Source: Pseudomonas phage PMG1
DNA: 54,024 nucleotides
Sequence record: NC_016765.1
Reading direction: 5' to 3' (one strand)
This document shows, in pieces, positions 53,849 through 54,024 of this stretch; position 1 is the first letter of the stretch; every line of letters starts with the position of its first letter. Under the pieces are notes generated by a model. The model was given only the letters and a program-made list of their open reading frames with translations, was not told the origin of the DNA and ran no database searches. A program made the translations under genes and the position numbers.

Positions 53849-54024
53849 TCGGGTTCCATAAGCGATTGTGCACGACGATTCGAGATATTTACGAATAATG
53901 GCAGTGGTTTTCACTGGATTCGTGCGGTTTTACCGAAAAATCGAGTTAAATGAGAAAAAGTCTCATTTATAGGGGTGGGGCGGGTCAAAACCTTAGAACC
54001 TTTCGTTAGGACACCGCGCCCCCA

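Overview
This window reads as an almost complete, co-linear genome of a temperate lambdoid/HK97-like siphovirus of a high-GC (~60%) host. By gene content it is most likely a Pseudomonas aeruginosa D3-like phage, either free-phage order or a prophage. Plus-strand order: TerS, TerL, portal, ClpP-like prohead protease, HK97-type major capsid, head-tail connector/adaptor, tail completion, major tail, G/GT chaperones with a GGGAAAG -1 frameshift site, tape measure, minor tail proteins, NlpC/P60, J-like tip protein, beta-helix tailspike. A low-GC O-antigen seroconversion cassette follows (31-aa Iap-like peptide, OafA-type O-acetyltransferase, Wzy-like polymerase), then a lambda-R-like endolysin with overlapping i/o-spanins. 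Next come attP (tRNA 3'-end-like core flanked by CGTGAA arm-type repeats) and the integrase/excisionase. The minus strand then carries a long early-left operon: Ead/Ea22-like genes, a dual-specificity phosphatase, a Lar-like gene, a LytTR regulator, Sipho_Gp157, Erf, a C5-cytosine MTase, an ASCH-like gene and a chain of ATGA-coupled small genes, DUF551 and DUF1566. The immunity region follows (CI repressor plus a downstream membrane protein, divergent Cro and CII, direct-repeat operators). The plus strand resumes with replication (O-like initiator, DnaB helicase), TraR/DksA, DUF1367, NinG and a possible late regulator. The window ends with an HNH gene, tRNA-Gly(UCC), an antisense AT-rich moron, holin-like membrane proteins and an HNH endonuclease that sits next to terS across the window ends. 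Several morons interrupt the structural module. The most notable is an enzyme trio (DUF115/MptE-like, GT9-like glycosyltransferase, SAM methyltransferase) plus a T5orf172 gene between the head-tail adaptor and the tail genes; a two-gene low-GC cassette with its own terminator also sits inside the tail-tip module. Many overlapping ORFs in the supplied six-frame track are GC-driven artefacts and are not reported. Coordinates of elements not taken directly from the ORF track (alternative starts, sub-60-aa ORFs, RNA and regulatory sites) were hand-counted and may be off by 1-2 nt.
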